Below are positions 1-13,197 of a stretch of 64,000 nucleotides of DNA, in pieces. The stretch spans positions 50,792,782 to 50,856,781 of the forward strand of contig NC_057728.1 in the NCBI RefSeq assembly GCF_004010195.1, given 5' to 3'. The position numbers and the translations under genes were made by a program. The first letter of the stretch is position 1. Each line of letters starts with the position of its first letter. This DNA is from Chiloscyllium plagiosum. Lineage: Eukaryota. The notes under the pieces are model-generated. The model worked only from the letters and a program-made list of their open reading frames with translations. It was not told the DNA's origin and did not search any database.

Positions 1-265
1 CACACTGACCCTCCGAAGAGCAATGCACCCAGACCCATCCCCCTACATTTGCCCCTGACTAATGCACCTAACACTACGGGCAATTTAGCATGGCCAACTC
101 ACCTAGCCTGTGCATCTTTGGACTGTGGGAGGAAACCGGAGCACCCAGAGGAAACCCACGCAGATACTGAGAGAATGTGCAAACTCGACACGGACAGTTG
201 CCTGATGTCGGAATTGAACCCAGTCCCTGGCGCTGTGAGGCAGCCGTCCTAACCACTGAGCCACC
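1..265 (-). mobile_element. HE1-type tRNA-derived SINE (truncated by the window edge)
   Basis: Reverse of 'ggtggctcagtggttag...cctcacagcgccaggg...gggtttcctctgggtgctccggtttcctcccacagtccaaagatg'; same family as four other copies in the window. Confidence 0.8.
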
Positions 266-999
266 AGATCAGAATGAACACTTCTACGTCCAGTGATCCT
301 TCCTCTGTTTCTGTTTCTGATTTACAGCATTGGCAATTCTTATGGTTTATGTCCAGAAAATATTTAGCCTGATTAAAATTGTCATTAGTGAACCAAATTA
401 ACTAGACTATTTCTAAGAGACTACAATTTTTCCAATGAATATTTTGGTTGACGTTGTATGAACTATAGAATGGAGGTCAACATTATCTCTACAACCTCCT
501 GGAATTATAATGTTTACAGCAGTAAGCCCTTTTACTCTTGATATTTCCATCTTGTATGTACAAAAACATGTTTTATAGGAGGATCTATAGATCCTGGTAG
601 GAAGACAAGTGTGAGGTTTATAATACTTATTTAGCATGATCAACAAGTAGAGTCTATGGCATGTTCCAGTTTTTCTTGGCATGTTATCATGTTAGAACTA
701 TTCTTGGCTTAGTGTCATGTACAGTATTTTATATTTCTAAAATAACATTTTAGACTTGTCATAGTGTCTCCATGTATCTGTTCTAACAGGGAATTCTATC
801 TTGTGCCAAATTAAAGTAATATTTTAGCATGGTGTGCAGAATCCTGGCTTCAGTTCAGTAGTCCTGCATTTGTCAGAATTGTACAGAATTAAATCTTCAA
901 CTATTTAATGAGCTCAGCATCTTTAAAACATTCTCTATTTTTCTTTTGATTTTCAGAGAGGATGGGAGAAGGAGAGCAGTCTGAACCTTGAATCTTAGC

Positions 1000-1312
1000 G
1001 AGTCATAGATATGTACAGCACAGGAACAGACCTTTCAGTCCAACTCATCCATGCCGACCAGATATCCAACCTAATCTAGTCCCATTTGCCAGCACTTGGC
1101 CCATATCCCTCTAAGCTCTTCCTATTCATATACCCATCCAAATGCCTTTTTAAATGTTGCAATTATACCAGCCTCTACCACTTCCTCTGACAGTTCATTC
1201 CATACTCACACCACCCTCTGTGTGAAAACGTTGCCCCTTAGGTCCCTTTTATATCTTTCCCCTTTCATCCTAAACCTGTGCCGACTAGTTCTGGACTCCT
1301 CCACCCGAGGGA
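1000..1312 (-). mobile_element. CR1 LINE 3' end fragment
   Basis: Reverse complement of the CR1 3' UTR/tail also seen at 14000-14370 and 22210-22556. Confidence 0.85.
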
Positions 1313-2545
1313 AAAGCCAGGGAACTATAGGCCAGTGAGCCTAACGTCAGTAGTGGGCAAGTTATTGGAGGGAATCCTGAGGGACAGGATGTACATGTAT
1401 TTGGAAAGGCAAGGACTGATTAGGGATAGTCAACATGGCTTTGTGCGTGGGAAATCATGTCTCACAAACTTGATTGAGTTTTTTGAAGAAGTCACAAAGA
1501 GGATTGATGAGGACAGAGCAGTAGATGTGATCTATATGGACTTCAGTAAGGCATTCGACAAGGTTCTAGAAAAAGTGAGGACTGCAGATGCTGGAGATCA
1601 GAGCTGAAAATGTGTTGCTGGAAAAGCGCAGCAGGTCAGGCAGCATCCAAGGAGCAGGAGAATCGACGTTTCAGGCATGAGCCCATTCCTGAAGAAGGGC
1701 TCATGTCCAAAACGTCGATTCGACAAGGTTCCATATGGGAGACTGGTTAGCAAGGTTAGATCTCACGGAATACAGGGAGAACTAGCTATGTGGATACAGA
1801 ACTGGCTCAAAGGTAGAAGACAGAAGGTGGTGGTGGATGGTTGTTTTTCAGACTGGAGGCCTGTGACCAGTGGAGTGGCACAAGGATTTGTGTTGGGTCC
1901 TCTACTTTTCATCATTTATATCAATGATTTGGATGCAAGCATAAGAAGTATGGTTAGTAAGTTTACAGATGACACCAAAATTGGTGGTGTGGTGGACAGT
2001 GACGAAGGTTACCTCAGATTACAACAGGATCTTAATCAGATGGGCCAATGGGCTGAGAAGTGGCAGATGAAGTTTAATTTTGATAAATGTGAGGTGCTGC
2101 ATTTTGGGAAAGCAAATCTTAGCAGGACTTATACACTTAATGGTAAGGTCCGAGGGAGTGTTGCTGAACAAAGAGACCTTGGAGTGCAGGTTCATAGCTC
2201 CTTGAAAGTGGAGTTGCAGGTAGATAGGACAGTGATGAAGACGTTCTGTATGCTTTCCTTTATTGGTCAGAGTATTGTGTACAGGAGTTGGGAGGTCATG
2301 TTGCGGCTGTACAGGTCATTGGTTAGGCCACTGTTGGAATATTGCGTGCAATTCTGGTCGTGGTGGAGCCTGGTACAATTGCAACATTTAAAAGGCATTT
2401 GGATGGGTATATGAATAGGAAGAGTTTGAAGGGATATGGGCCGGGTGCTGGCAGATGGGACTAGATTGGGTTAGGATATCTGGTCGGCATAGACGGGTTA
2501 GACCGAAGGGTCTGTTTCCATCCTGTACATCTCTACGATTCTAAG
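1311..2545 (+). mobile_element. CR1 LINE ORF2 (reverse transcriptase) fragment, interrupted by a PLE and internally deleted near 2359
   Basis: ORFs give PGNYRPVSLTS, QHGF, DFSKAFDKV, GVAQGFVLGP, FTDDTK; ends in the CR1 tail. Confidence 0.92.
1567..1717. mobile_element. Mini Penelope-like insertion (family A) with a partial inversion and a degenerate hammerhead
   Basis: 14 bp duplication attcgacaaggttc at 1553-1566 and 1718-1731 splits the CR1 'AFDKV|PY'. Contains ctgaagaagggctcatgtccaaaacgtcg. Confidence 0.8.
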
Positions 2546-2869
2546 TTGTGGTTTTAAATAAGTAATGAGTACGAAGTCTTGTTTTGGATTGATTCGTGCA
2601 GTAGGTTCCAAGGAGGTGCATTGTCACCAAGCATCTGAAAGGGCACAGCTATTACAGATTCTCCCACATTGTTCTTTCATAAAAAGTCTTCTCTCCAGTG
2701 GAATGCCAGTCAGTGTGCACATAAAACACATACATGAGCATGTGTGAGTTTGTGTGTAAACATGATTGTTCAAGGATGTGTGCGTATGTAAATATGACTG
2801 CATGTATGCAATTACTACAACAGTTGCTTGCATTGATATAGCTGCTTTAGCATTGTTAACATTTATTTG

Positions 2870-3310
2870 GTCTTAAGATGTGGGTATTGCTGGGCATTCA
2901 TTGCCCAACTCTATTTGCCTTTGAGAAGGGCAGTCCATTTCATAACTGCTACAGTCCATGTGGCTTTGATTTTCAGCAGTGGTTTGATACAACTGAATGG
3001 CATATGAGATGACCATTTCAGACGGCAGTTCAGTGTCAAGTGCTCTGAGTCTGGAGTTACATGTAGGCCAGACCGGGTAAGAAGGGGCCAGACCGGGTAT
3101 AATAGCAGGCTTTACTTCTCCAATGGGCATCATTGAACCAGCTGACTTATTACAGCAATCCAATCGAGTTTATGATCATTGACGAGATTTCGTTTTATTT
3201 CTGATTTATTAATCAACTGAATTAAAAATTCCCCAGTCGATGATTTGAAGTTGCATCTCCAACGTATTAGGCCAAGTTTTTGGATTGCTAGTCTAACAAC
3301 CAGTCTGCTA
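2870..3310 (-). mobile_element. tRNA-derived SINE with a MetaSINE-like central domain (degenerate)
   Basis: Shares the 'gtctggagtcacatgtaggccagaccgggtaag...agtgaaccag' core with copies at 8965-9300(+), 12305-12625(-), 20240-20565(-), 32760-33100(-), 48670-49030(-) and 57510-57700(-). Family name from memory. Confidence 0.6.
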
Positions 3311-4183
3311 CTCTCCCAATCATCCCAAGGTGCTGCTGAAGGGCATAATAATTTTGCCCTCTCTGTCAAGTTGGCCTTGGAGGGACACTCACTCCCTTCC
3401 CACCATCTCACTCATTCATATTTTGGTAAGGTGTGTAAATAGCTTTCTCAACTCGCCAGCACGTAAAGCCCTTAGTTGGTCAATTAATGGTCACTTATGG
3501 GGCTCAGCTGTGCACCTCCCGGATTAACCTTTGCCCTGGCAAGTGAGACGGCCAGTCCGAATGGGAAACCAGGATGATTTGACTGGCCAATTGTGCAGGG
3601 GCTCATCGAAAGCAAAGAGGGGGGGTCAAAGAGGTGATGTCTGAAAGCTACACCTCTTCCCTCATCTCCAATCCCTCATCTCCAAAAATTCTACCCCTTC
3701 CACCCCCTCCTCCCACAGTATACTCACCTAATATACTCACCCTCACACTTAAAGGTTTTAACAAAATACCTTTCCCTAACAGCACAGTAAAGAGTCTAGC
3801 TGTTCCACATGAGCCTTATCCTGTCAGTACAGTCCACTGTTCCTTTCTCCCGCGTGTTTATTTTTGGAAAGTAAGTGTGTTGTGACAATTATGCATATGA
3901 CTGGATTAGCCTCGTGGGCAGCAGCCCACCACAGATACCTTCTGAGAAACGAGCTTTGATTGGAGGATTGGATGAACTGCTTCGTGAATCACTGGTGGCC
4001 TGCCAGACTCCACTCTTCGCTTTCCAGTTTAACGTGGCAAACTGAGGCAGAGCCTGCAGTGCTACATGGGAACACTGCCTTCGAACCATAGGCTCCAATC
4101 TGCAGCCCCCACCATCGTCCTTCCGATGGGTGGGGGTCAGGTAAAATATATCTGTGCCTATCTACTACTTGCCCACCACTGAT

Positions 4184-4878
4184 TGTTACAACACGGGGTA
4201 AACACTCCTGCTTAATTTAAAATCAGCAACACAAAGAGGATTTATCCCATGCAGTAATCTGTAAAAAATTGAGTGGCCAAGAACAAGTAAAAATTAACAA
4301 CGTTATTTCTTAATGTGTAACAGAGAATAATTAACTAACAACTATTTACAATTCCTTATTCTAACCTATCTGTTACCTTCTCTTCTATAATACTAGTCAG
4401 ATCAAATTCCCAGTTAAGATTTACAAAAGAAAACTTTTTATCTCAAAATCAGGCAGCTTTCGGTTCTTCTATTTGGATCTTCCTGTGTCTTATTTTCTGC
4501 TTCATAGGTTACTGATCGGTAAAGGTATTTTTAAGAGAGCTATTTTTCAGGCAGTTTGTTTATCCACTGGGGCTTGGCAGTTCTCCTTCCAACTGTTCAA
4601 TGTTTCGCCAGTCTTATACCCCAGAGCATCGGATTGTGTCATTGGCTTTTAAGATTGTCAATATACTCCATTCAAACTGGATTGGAGTTTGGTACTTTTT
4701 GGGGTATACTTTAAACTGATTGGCCTAATTCAAATCTGTTTTTTGTCATTTCCAGGCAACCAGGTACTCCAGTAGCTGGAGCACATGTTACATTGTGTCT
4801 TATTGAGAACACTTGATGCTGTCACTGCTAGCTTTTAACTCTCCTAAAAAGGTATAGTTCACCCACAGCTTCATAACA
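4184..4878. mobile_element. Solo LTR (Gypsy-like), 695 bp
   Basis: Termini TGTTA...TAACA; exact 4 bp TSD tgat at 4180-4183 and 4879-4882; no ORF. Confidence 0.8.
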
Positions 4879-5014
4879 TGATCCTTTCCCCACAATCTGG
4901 CGGTCAGATGGCCTCTTGGCTGGCTGCCCCTGGGCTTATCAAGGCTCCTAATGTCACAATTAAGGGGCAATTAAGTATCTGAATCCACCTTCCCTGCCAT
5001 AAAATGTTGTGGAG

Positions 5015-5630
5015 TTGGGGCCATTTTGTGGCTGAGTAGTAGTGCCCCTGCCCCTGGGTTGAGAGGCCTGGGTTCAAGTCCTGCCTGCTCCAGTGGTGAC
5101 TGATAATATCCCTGAACAAGTTGGTTAGGAAAATAGATTAAGCTTTTTTCTAAACAAAAAAACAAATGCTGTGGAGAGGACTCTTCTGGTGGAGTGGTGG
5201 TGTCCTTACATCTGGGCCAGGAGGTCTGTGTTCTAGTCCCACCTGCTCCGGGGGTGAGTGATACTTTCCCTGAACAGATTGATTTGGAAAATAGGTTAAT
5301 TTTTTTTTATAAATGCAGAGGACTCTTCTGGTGGAGTGGTAATGTCCTTACTTCTGGGCCAGGAGATCTGGGTTCAAGTTTCACCTGCTGTATAGGTATC
5401 TCCGAACAGGTTGACTGGAAAATATCTGGTACAAAATTTCACATCATTATTAGAATATTAAGCTATGCTCTGAGTAAGTAGTGATAACGTTGGTTCTGGT
5501 GTTAGCTTCCCAGGTTTAAAATGCTGAGGTGAAAACCCCTGTGGTGTAGTATCCCTACCTGTGAGCTATGAGGTGTAGGTTCAAGTCTGGAGGCGGTATG
5601 TCATTATGTGGAAAGGCTGGGTTTTTTTTT
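5015..5630 (+). mobile_element. Tandem cluster of 3-4 short (~110 bp) tRNA-headed SINE-like units
   Basis: Repeated 'gtggagtggt..tgtcctta..tctgggccagga..tctgggttcaagt...cctgaacag.ttga...gaaaata'. Dispersed copies at ~6535-6630, ~35215-35310 and ~57066-57285. Confidence 0.65.
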
Positions 5631-5959
5631 CAAAAAAATGTGCAAGAAGTTCTAAAATGCAGTGACAAGCAGGACAGAGCGTGGGGGCCATTTTTGAATT
5701 GGTTTCTTTGAAAAGATAGGCATCATTGAAGAGGTGTGCTGTTAGCATCAGAGTTGACCTTTCCCCCAAATTATTCCACCCCGTTTGACTTCCGAAGCCT
5801 TGATCACAGCATCACCTAGACACCATCCCACCCACACTCTGAATAAAGTCCACATCTAAAACAATATTCCTTAATTCACTATCTTCAGCTTAAAATCCAA
5901 GAGCTCCCTTCCTGACAGCACAGAACTGTACTCCACGGTTCAAAAATGCCAACTAAGAA

Positions 5960-7161
5960 AACTTGAAAGAGCATTTGTAGTTTAATGATGAATTGATGAA
6001 TTTATCATAAAAAAAACATTTTGGTAGTTTTTTTAAACAAAACAAGTCTAAAAGAAATAATTTACAAATGATTTAATCATTATTGTAGTAAAAGAACAAG
6101 CATTAAATGAGAAGGCTTATCTTTTTGAAAAATATTCCAGTTTAGCCACACGCTGTCATCACTAGTTTGTAACACAATACCATCCGAAGCTCAATACTGG
6201 GTCACACAGCAACACAAACCACATTTTCTTACTTTAGTTTGATACCGATCTCAATCAAAGACTTGTAACTTCACTGTGTTCATTTACAGAAATGTGAAAA
6301 TGAAAAGCTAATTGAATTCTATTTTTGCAACTCACAGTTAATCAGTTACCAAGTAATTTACATTCGTCACGTGAATAATGCATGAGCAGAACCTTCCGGC
6401 AAATGCTTCAGGTAAACATCTCGCCCTTTAAAGTTCAAAAGTTAAGCTCGCGTCGAGAGGTTTGGAATGACGTGATCCGGATTAACCATCCAAACTCAAA
6501 ACCAGCCCAAACTTCATGTGTCAATGAAAGCAGGGCTCTTGTGGTACATTGGTATTGTCCCTACCTCTGAGCCACGAGATCTGGGTTCACACTTGAGGTG
6601 TATAATAAAATCTCTGAACAGATCAATTAGCAATGCATCAAAAGGTGAATGTGTGCAAGACTATTTCTTCAGCAACTGGGACTAAAGAAAATGTACTTAT
6701 TGTTGAACTGAATTTCTGGAGGGGCACAGTGCAGGGGGACATTTTTTGCTAATCTCAGCAGAACTTTTGTTCAGGCAAAAAATAATTCTAGCATTTCTTA
6801 CAAGCAGTTGTGAAACAGCCATTAGTATCTCACTTAAAGGTTAATCTTTGCCTACATTCTGAGCTTCCTTCTGCTTCAGAGCCCAGGATCTTAAAACAAA
6901 TACTTTAAAGCAACAGTTTTGATCTCCATTTACTGGAACTCATTGTCCCCGCAACGGTGTATGGTACTGGTTTAAGTGAAGAATACCACTTTGAAACCAA
7001 ATGGCAGAACTGACTGTTCTTATTACTCAAGCAGCATGTTCTTGTACTGAAGGAAGGTTATTAGCTGCAGGGTTTCATGTCTTTGATGTTCATAATTCTA
7101 GAATCACTTCCAATGTGATATGTTAAGATCTGAGATACATTTGATCCATCGGAGAGTGCAC
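5960..7161 (-). other. PRMT8: Probable PRMT8 3' UTR, with candidate ATTAAA poly(A) signals at 6072-6077 and 5981-5986
   Basis: AT-rich, mostly unique sequence after the stop codon; tttaat on + reads ATTAAA on -. The true 3' end cannot be determined from sequence alone. Confidence 0.4.
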
Positions 7162-7341
<180 letters not shown>

Positions 7342-8217
7342 TTAAACCAAAGTTTTAGGGTCGGTTAGTTCAGTTGATTGGATGGCGAGTGTGTGATGCA
7401 AAATGGCAGCCCACGTGTGGGTACAGTGCCAGAATGAGTTTCTGTCTCCTAGTCCTGCCCTGTGCCTGATAAAGAACTATATAAACTCTTGTCTCTCTCT
7501 CAAGGAGAGAGGGGTGTCTGTGGCCATTTCTGGAGCATGGCTGCTTTCTGACCAAGGTAGCATGTCTGTGAGGAACACAGCTCAATATTAGCTGCAGCGT
7601 TCCTCAAAGAGAACATCACCAAACAAACCTCAGCTCATCAGACCCAGTGTAACCCGACATTTCCCTTCTCTGCCATACACTGATCCACTTCTACTGACAA
7701 TCCCTCACAGGTGAGAATGCTCATCTGGTGTGAGACCCAGAGGTGGCTAATGAAGCTAATTCGGGATCTATAGACTTTATGACACCTTGGGAATTTCTCA
7801 TGTGGGACATGGCTCATTCTTTACTCCACCCTCACTTTTCCTTTTAATTTTGTTGTTGGGTCTGAAGATGCAGGGTCCTTTGCACACATGCTGCCTCCAT
7901 CTAATTTTGTTCAGGATGATGGTCTCATCTTCACGTTGGCTCTGCAACCTTGAAGACCTTCATCCATACTCCTCTGGACTATCTGCCCTGAGGGAGCTGG
8001 GGAAATAGCAATCACCTTTAGGAGCCTGGTATCTGACATCCACGTCAACCCAAAAAGCTAATGCTGGATGGTTATAGCCTCAATACTTGTGTTGACTGTT
8101 TGTGTGAGAGGCTATTGATGTGCATGTATCAGTCCTCCTATTTGATATGTGGGAGATTCCACAGGCAGTGTTGATGGAATGATGCCCTTAGGTTTGAGAT
8201 GTCTCCTGATTGAATTT

Positions 8218-8810
8218 AGGAGTTGGGACTTCGTATTGCGCTTGTACAGGATGTTAGTGAGGCCATTTTTTGAGTACAGTGTACAGTTCTGGGATGGCCT
8301 GCTACAGGAAGGATATTATTAAATTGGAGAGGGTTCAGAAAATATTTACAAGGATCTTGCTGGGACTGGAGTGTTTGAGTTATAAATGGTGGCTGGATAG
8401 GCTTGGATTTATTTTCACTGAAGCGTAGGAGGCTGACAGACAACCATACAGAGGTTTATAAAATCATTTGGGGCATGGATAAGGTGAATAGCAAATGTCT
8501 TTTCCTAAGGGTGGGGGAGTTCAAAACTAAGGGGGTGTTTTTGACATGAGAGGAGAAAGTTTTAAAAGGCACTTGAGGTGCAACTTTTTCACACAGAAGA
8601 TGGTTGGTATGTGGAATGAACTACCAGAGGAAGTGTTAGATGAGGGTACAGTTACAGCATTTAAAAGACATTTGGACAGGTACATGATTAGGAAAGTTTA
8701 GATTGGCCAAACACAGGAAAGGGGAATAGTTTAGTTTGCGCAACTTGGTCAGCATGAATGAGTTGGATGGAAAGGTCTATTTTCATGCTGAATGACTTTA
8801 TGACTCTATA
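8218..8810 (+). mobile_element. CR1 LINE 3' fragment
   Basis: Encodes degenerate 'LYRMLVRP..EYSVQFW...KDIIKLERVQK'; ends in the CR1 tail. Confidence 0.85.
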
Positions 8811-8964
8811 AAACTGAAAGAGAGTCAGAGAATGGTTTATGGAGATATCAATGATAACACAGAAAATCAGTCCAGGCCTGACCTGAGTAGTGTCATCTTT
8901 ACATTATGCAATTTATTAAATGAATGTCCAGGCTCGAGGCCACCGATTCATAGGTACATCATTA

Positions 8965-9300
8965 ACAGCAGAGGCACTGTTGGCGTACTGGGAATGTTAT
9001 TGGACTCATGATCAGAGGCCCAGGATAATACACAGAGTACATGGGTTAAAATCTCACCATTATAAGCCAGTTATAGTGATGATGACCATGACAACTACCA
9101 TTAATTACAGCAAGAACCCACACAGTTCACCAATGCCTTTTAGGGAAGGGAAATTTGCTGTCCTTACCCAGTTTGGCCTACCCATGACTTTACATCCTCA
9201 GCAAGGCAGTTAACTCTGAAGTGGAGCAAGTCACTCAGTTTAAGGGCATTTAGGGATGGGTATCAAATGCTGAACTCACCAGTAACACTCACAAACATGA
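8965..9300 (+). mobile_element. MetaSINE-like SINE
   Basis: Contains 'gttcaccaatgccttttagggaagggaaatttgctgtccttaccc' and the LINE-derived tail 'tagggatggg..tcaaatgctg'. Confidence 0.6.
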
Positions 9301-9984
9301 CAGAATAAAGAGAAAAAAAACATCATTTATAGTGTCCCCCATTTGAGCTGAGTTCATTTACCTTGGCCCCATGCATTCCTCTTTACAACTCTTTTATTAA
9401 AAAGTAAAATATTTCAATTATTATTGAAATATTCATTAATATTTTCACAGTATTAATGAAAGGTAACTGAGATGGGAAATTCATCTTTTCCAGTAATTGG
9501 TTACCTCATTTCTGTTGTGATTGGTAACAAATCCTGGAATTTCCCCTAACCCTGGTTTCACCCTTCGAAGATTGATTAATTTAATTTGAGGAAAGGCTGT
9601 CAATATGTAGGCAGCAGTATTGAAATAAGCTAGTAACTTGATTTTCTCCCTGTTACACGATTCCCTGCTTTTACAGGGAGAAAGTCAAGCAGCTGAAAGC
9701 TACGAAAACTCTCTGCATTTATTGTGACAGATGACAGGAGGATCTGCTTTGTTGCATTCTGTGGAAGTCAAGTTACTGTCAAAGATGTGCCGACTACAAT
9801 CATTCAATCTCGGTGATGGGAAGGATAACTTGTCACAATGAAATCTCCATTAAAAATAGAAAACACAAGTAGTATTGCCAACTTCACTAAGTGGTGGTGA
9901 CCGGTCTATTCACACAGAGAGTAGCTGCCATTCATTAATAAATAATGACTGCAGGCAAGAGGTGCCTCAATCACTAAGAGCAGC

Positions 9985-10360
9985 AGCATCTTGTATTTGC
10001 ATAGCGCCTTTAACACATTGCAATGACCCAAAGTGCTTCACTGGAGGGTCACAAAGAAAAATCTGACACCAAGCCTCATGGGTATTCGGACAGGTGACCA
10101 AAATGTTGGCCAAGGAGCAAGGCTACAAGAAACATGTTTAAAGAGGGGAAATCGGGTAGAGAGGCAAAGATGTTTTGAGAAGGAATTTCAGAGCTCCAGG
10201 CCCAGGGCAACTGATGGCATGGCTGCCACTGGTGGTCCAATCATAATCGGTGATGTTCATATGGCCAAAATTAGAGGAGAGCAGAAATCGCGGAGGGTTG
10301 TGCAGTTGGAACGGATTACAGAGATAGGAAAGAGAGGGGCCATGGAGAGATTTGAAAGTG
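9985..10360 (-). mobile_element. L2-type LINE 3' fragment
   Basis: 'tgtatttgcatagcgcctttaac...gacccaaagtgcttcac...gaatttcagagc' motif; similar copies at ~37250-38070, ~44160-44450 and ~46480-46780. Confidence 0.55.
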
Positions 10361-11546
10361 TCTTTGTTCTTGTGGGTTACGAAGAAGGATTAAGAATCTG
10401 ACGTGCTTAAAGGTAGATTCCATTTTTGTTCTCTTCATAAGTGCCAATTTCAAAATATTTTGCTGGGGCCCAGTTAGGTTTCAGCTGAAACTGAGGTGTA
10501 CCCGGGCGAGACTCAGGCTACACTCAAGTCATTATGCACCAGGTACCTACAACATATAGTGCAACGCCAAGATTAACTCACAAAGATACGACCTTGAATT
10601 TTTGAATTGGGGCCCAGGTTGCTTGCTGAGAGGTTGGTCAGCAAAGGAGGCACATAGAGTTACAAACACAAGAAAGACTGTTAGCAATAAAACAAAACAG
10701 CGAATCTGAACTAAAGCCAAAGACAAACTGGAAGAACATAAATCTGGATGATGGGATGTTTAAACCCAGGATGGTTTTGATAGAGTGGATTAGGAGAGAG
10801 AGGCGGTAACTCTCCAAGGGGGAAGAGTAAAACTAGGTACCATCAATACAAGATAGATGCTAATAATTCAAATCAGGAATCCAAAAGCAATTTCTCTGCC
10901 CAGTGCAAAAACTAAGAAATTGAAGCAGGAGGAGACCATTCAGCCCATCAAGCATTGACAGATGCCCAATACTATTATGGCTGCTCTTGAGCTTCAGTCC
11001 AACTTCCCCACCTCTTTCTCTATCCCAAAACTGAGGTGTGGGGCAGGTGTGCGGGACGGAGTCATAAAGTGGGGAGGGGTTGCCATAAGTTAAAGGGGAG
11101 GAGACCCATAAATTGCAGGGCAAGGACAGGCCTAGAGAAGGGCGAGAATGTGGAACTGGATATTTCAGGAAGTTGTCAAGGCATTTGGAGGGAAGCTGGA
11201 TAAGCATTTGAAGGAGAAGGGATATGGGCCAATGCTGACAAAGGTAAGAGAGGAGGGATTGGAGAAGTTTGAAGTGGAGGTGGACTGGTTGGGCCGAATG
11301 GCCTGTTTCTGCATAGTAATTCTGTGTAATCTGAAACTGTGCCTAGAGTGACATCTCCGAATTATTCACTGGATCATTTGGGGGTCACAGCTGCAGCAGG
11401 AGTCCATTTCTTACAGCAGCTGATTGGCCAGCCACATCAGGGCTATTAAGATTTAACCATTGAGTTGAATCACATGAGACTGGGCAAGAGGAGGTATTTC
11501 CTCTCCCTGAATAACAATGTTAAAGGAAAACAGATAAATACAACTA

Positions 11547-11810
<264 letters not shown>

Positions 11811-12304
11811 TCAGCAATATTATGCTATTAATCTATGATTGTCTGATTCTATTAAAATGCTGTTAACAACCTAAAATGAAACACTCCCCAAATGTTTTAA
11901 TATAAACTCCCCTGAGAGTCCAAACATCTATGAAACCATCACTATAATTTATTCTAACCAGACCAGACATTTTAAAGAAGGAGGACTTTCAGCCCACCAT
12001 GTATTTACCTGTTACCCAGCATAATCCCATTGCCAGCTCTCAGCCCATAGCCTGGAGGTTAGAACATTTCAAATGCATGTCGAAATATTTTGTAATTAGC
12101 TTCCAATTTTCACTCATCTCTCACCTTCAGCTGGTCCATCTCTGACACTTAACTTCCCTTCCTCAGTTTCTCTACTTCTATTTGTGCAATAATTGACAAA
12201 GGAATTTGAGGAGACATGAGATGTTTCTTCCACTCAGGTTATATCTAAGATCTGGAAATGTAATACCTGACCTTTCAAAAGTCAATTGGATATATGTATT
12301 TTTT

Positions 12305-12625
12305 AAAATTCATTCAGAGGATGTGGGTATCTTTGGTTAGGCCAGCATTTGTTGGGCATTTCTAATAGCTCAGAGGGCAGTTAAAACTCATCACATTGCT
12401 GGGGGTCGGGAGTCATATATTTCTTTCCCTAAAGGACATAAGTGAACCAGATGGGTTTTTTCCTGCTAACAATGGTTTCATTGTCACCATTAGATCATTA
12501 ATTCCAAATATTTTATTGAATTCCCCTTTCTGCCGTGAGGAAATTCAAACCCAGGTCCCCAGAATATGAGCTGAGTTTCTGGATGAATAATCTAGCGATA
12601 GTACCCCTAGGCCATTGTCTCCCAT
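12305..12625 (-). mobile_element. MetaSINE-like SINE, near full length
   Basis: tRNA-like head on - ('gggagacaatggcctagggg...ggggacctgggtttgaat'), central core and tail. Confidence 0.65.
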
Positions 12626-12638
12626 TTGAAGAGGATTA

Positions 12639-12992
<354 letters not shown>

Positions 12993-13101
12993 CTAAATGG
13001 AGAAATCCCTCTGTTATTTCTCAACATCCCTCACCAACACCACTCCTCCCCACCCCCGTCGCAATATAAACCAAGTACTTTGTTGGCATTTTGCCCTCAA
13101 A

Positions 13102-13197
13102 TTCTGGATTAGTGGGGCTGGAAAAGCACAGCAATTCAGGCAGCATCCGAGAAGCAGTAAAATCGACGTTTCGGGCAAAAACCCTTCATCTGGAATA
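13102..13197 (-). mobile_element. PLE family A terminal fragment with a mutated hammerhead core (CAGAUGA)
   Basis: Minus strand reads attc-cagatga-agggt-tttt-gccc-gaaa-cg-tc-gatt. Confidence 0.75.

Noticed and set aside
1677..2414. 245 aa reverse transcriptase-like ORF, the longest real ORF in the track
   Set aside because: It is a truncated CR1 ORF2 whose start is supplied by the PLE insertion; neither a host gene nor an intact element.
3400..4140. GC-richer segment with 'caattaa' motifs, similar in feel to ~46950-47410 and ~55500-56070; possible DNA transposon remnants
   Set aside because: I could not define termini, TIRs or TSDs by eye.
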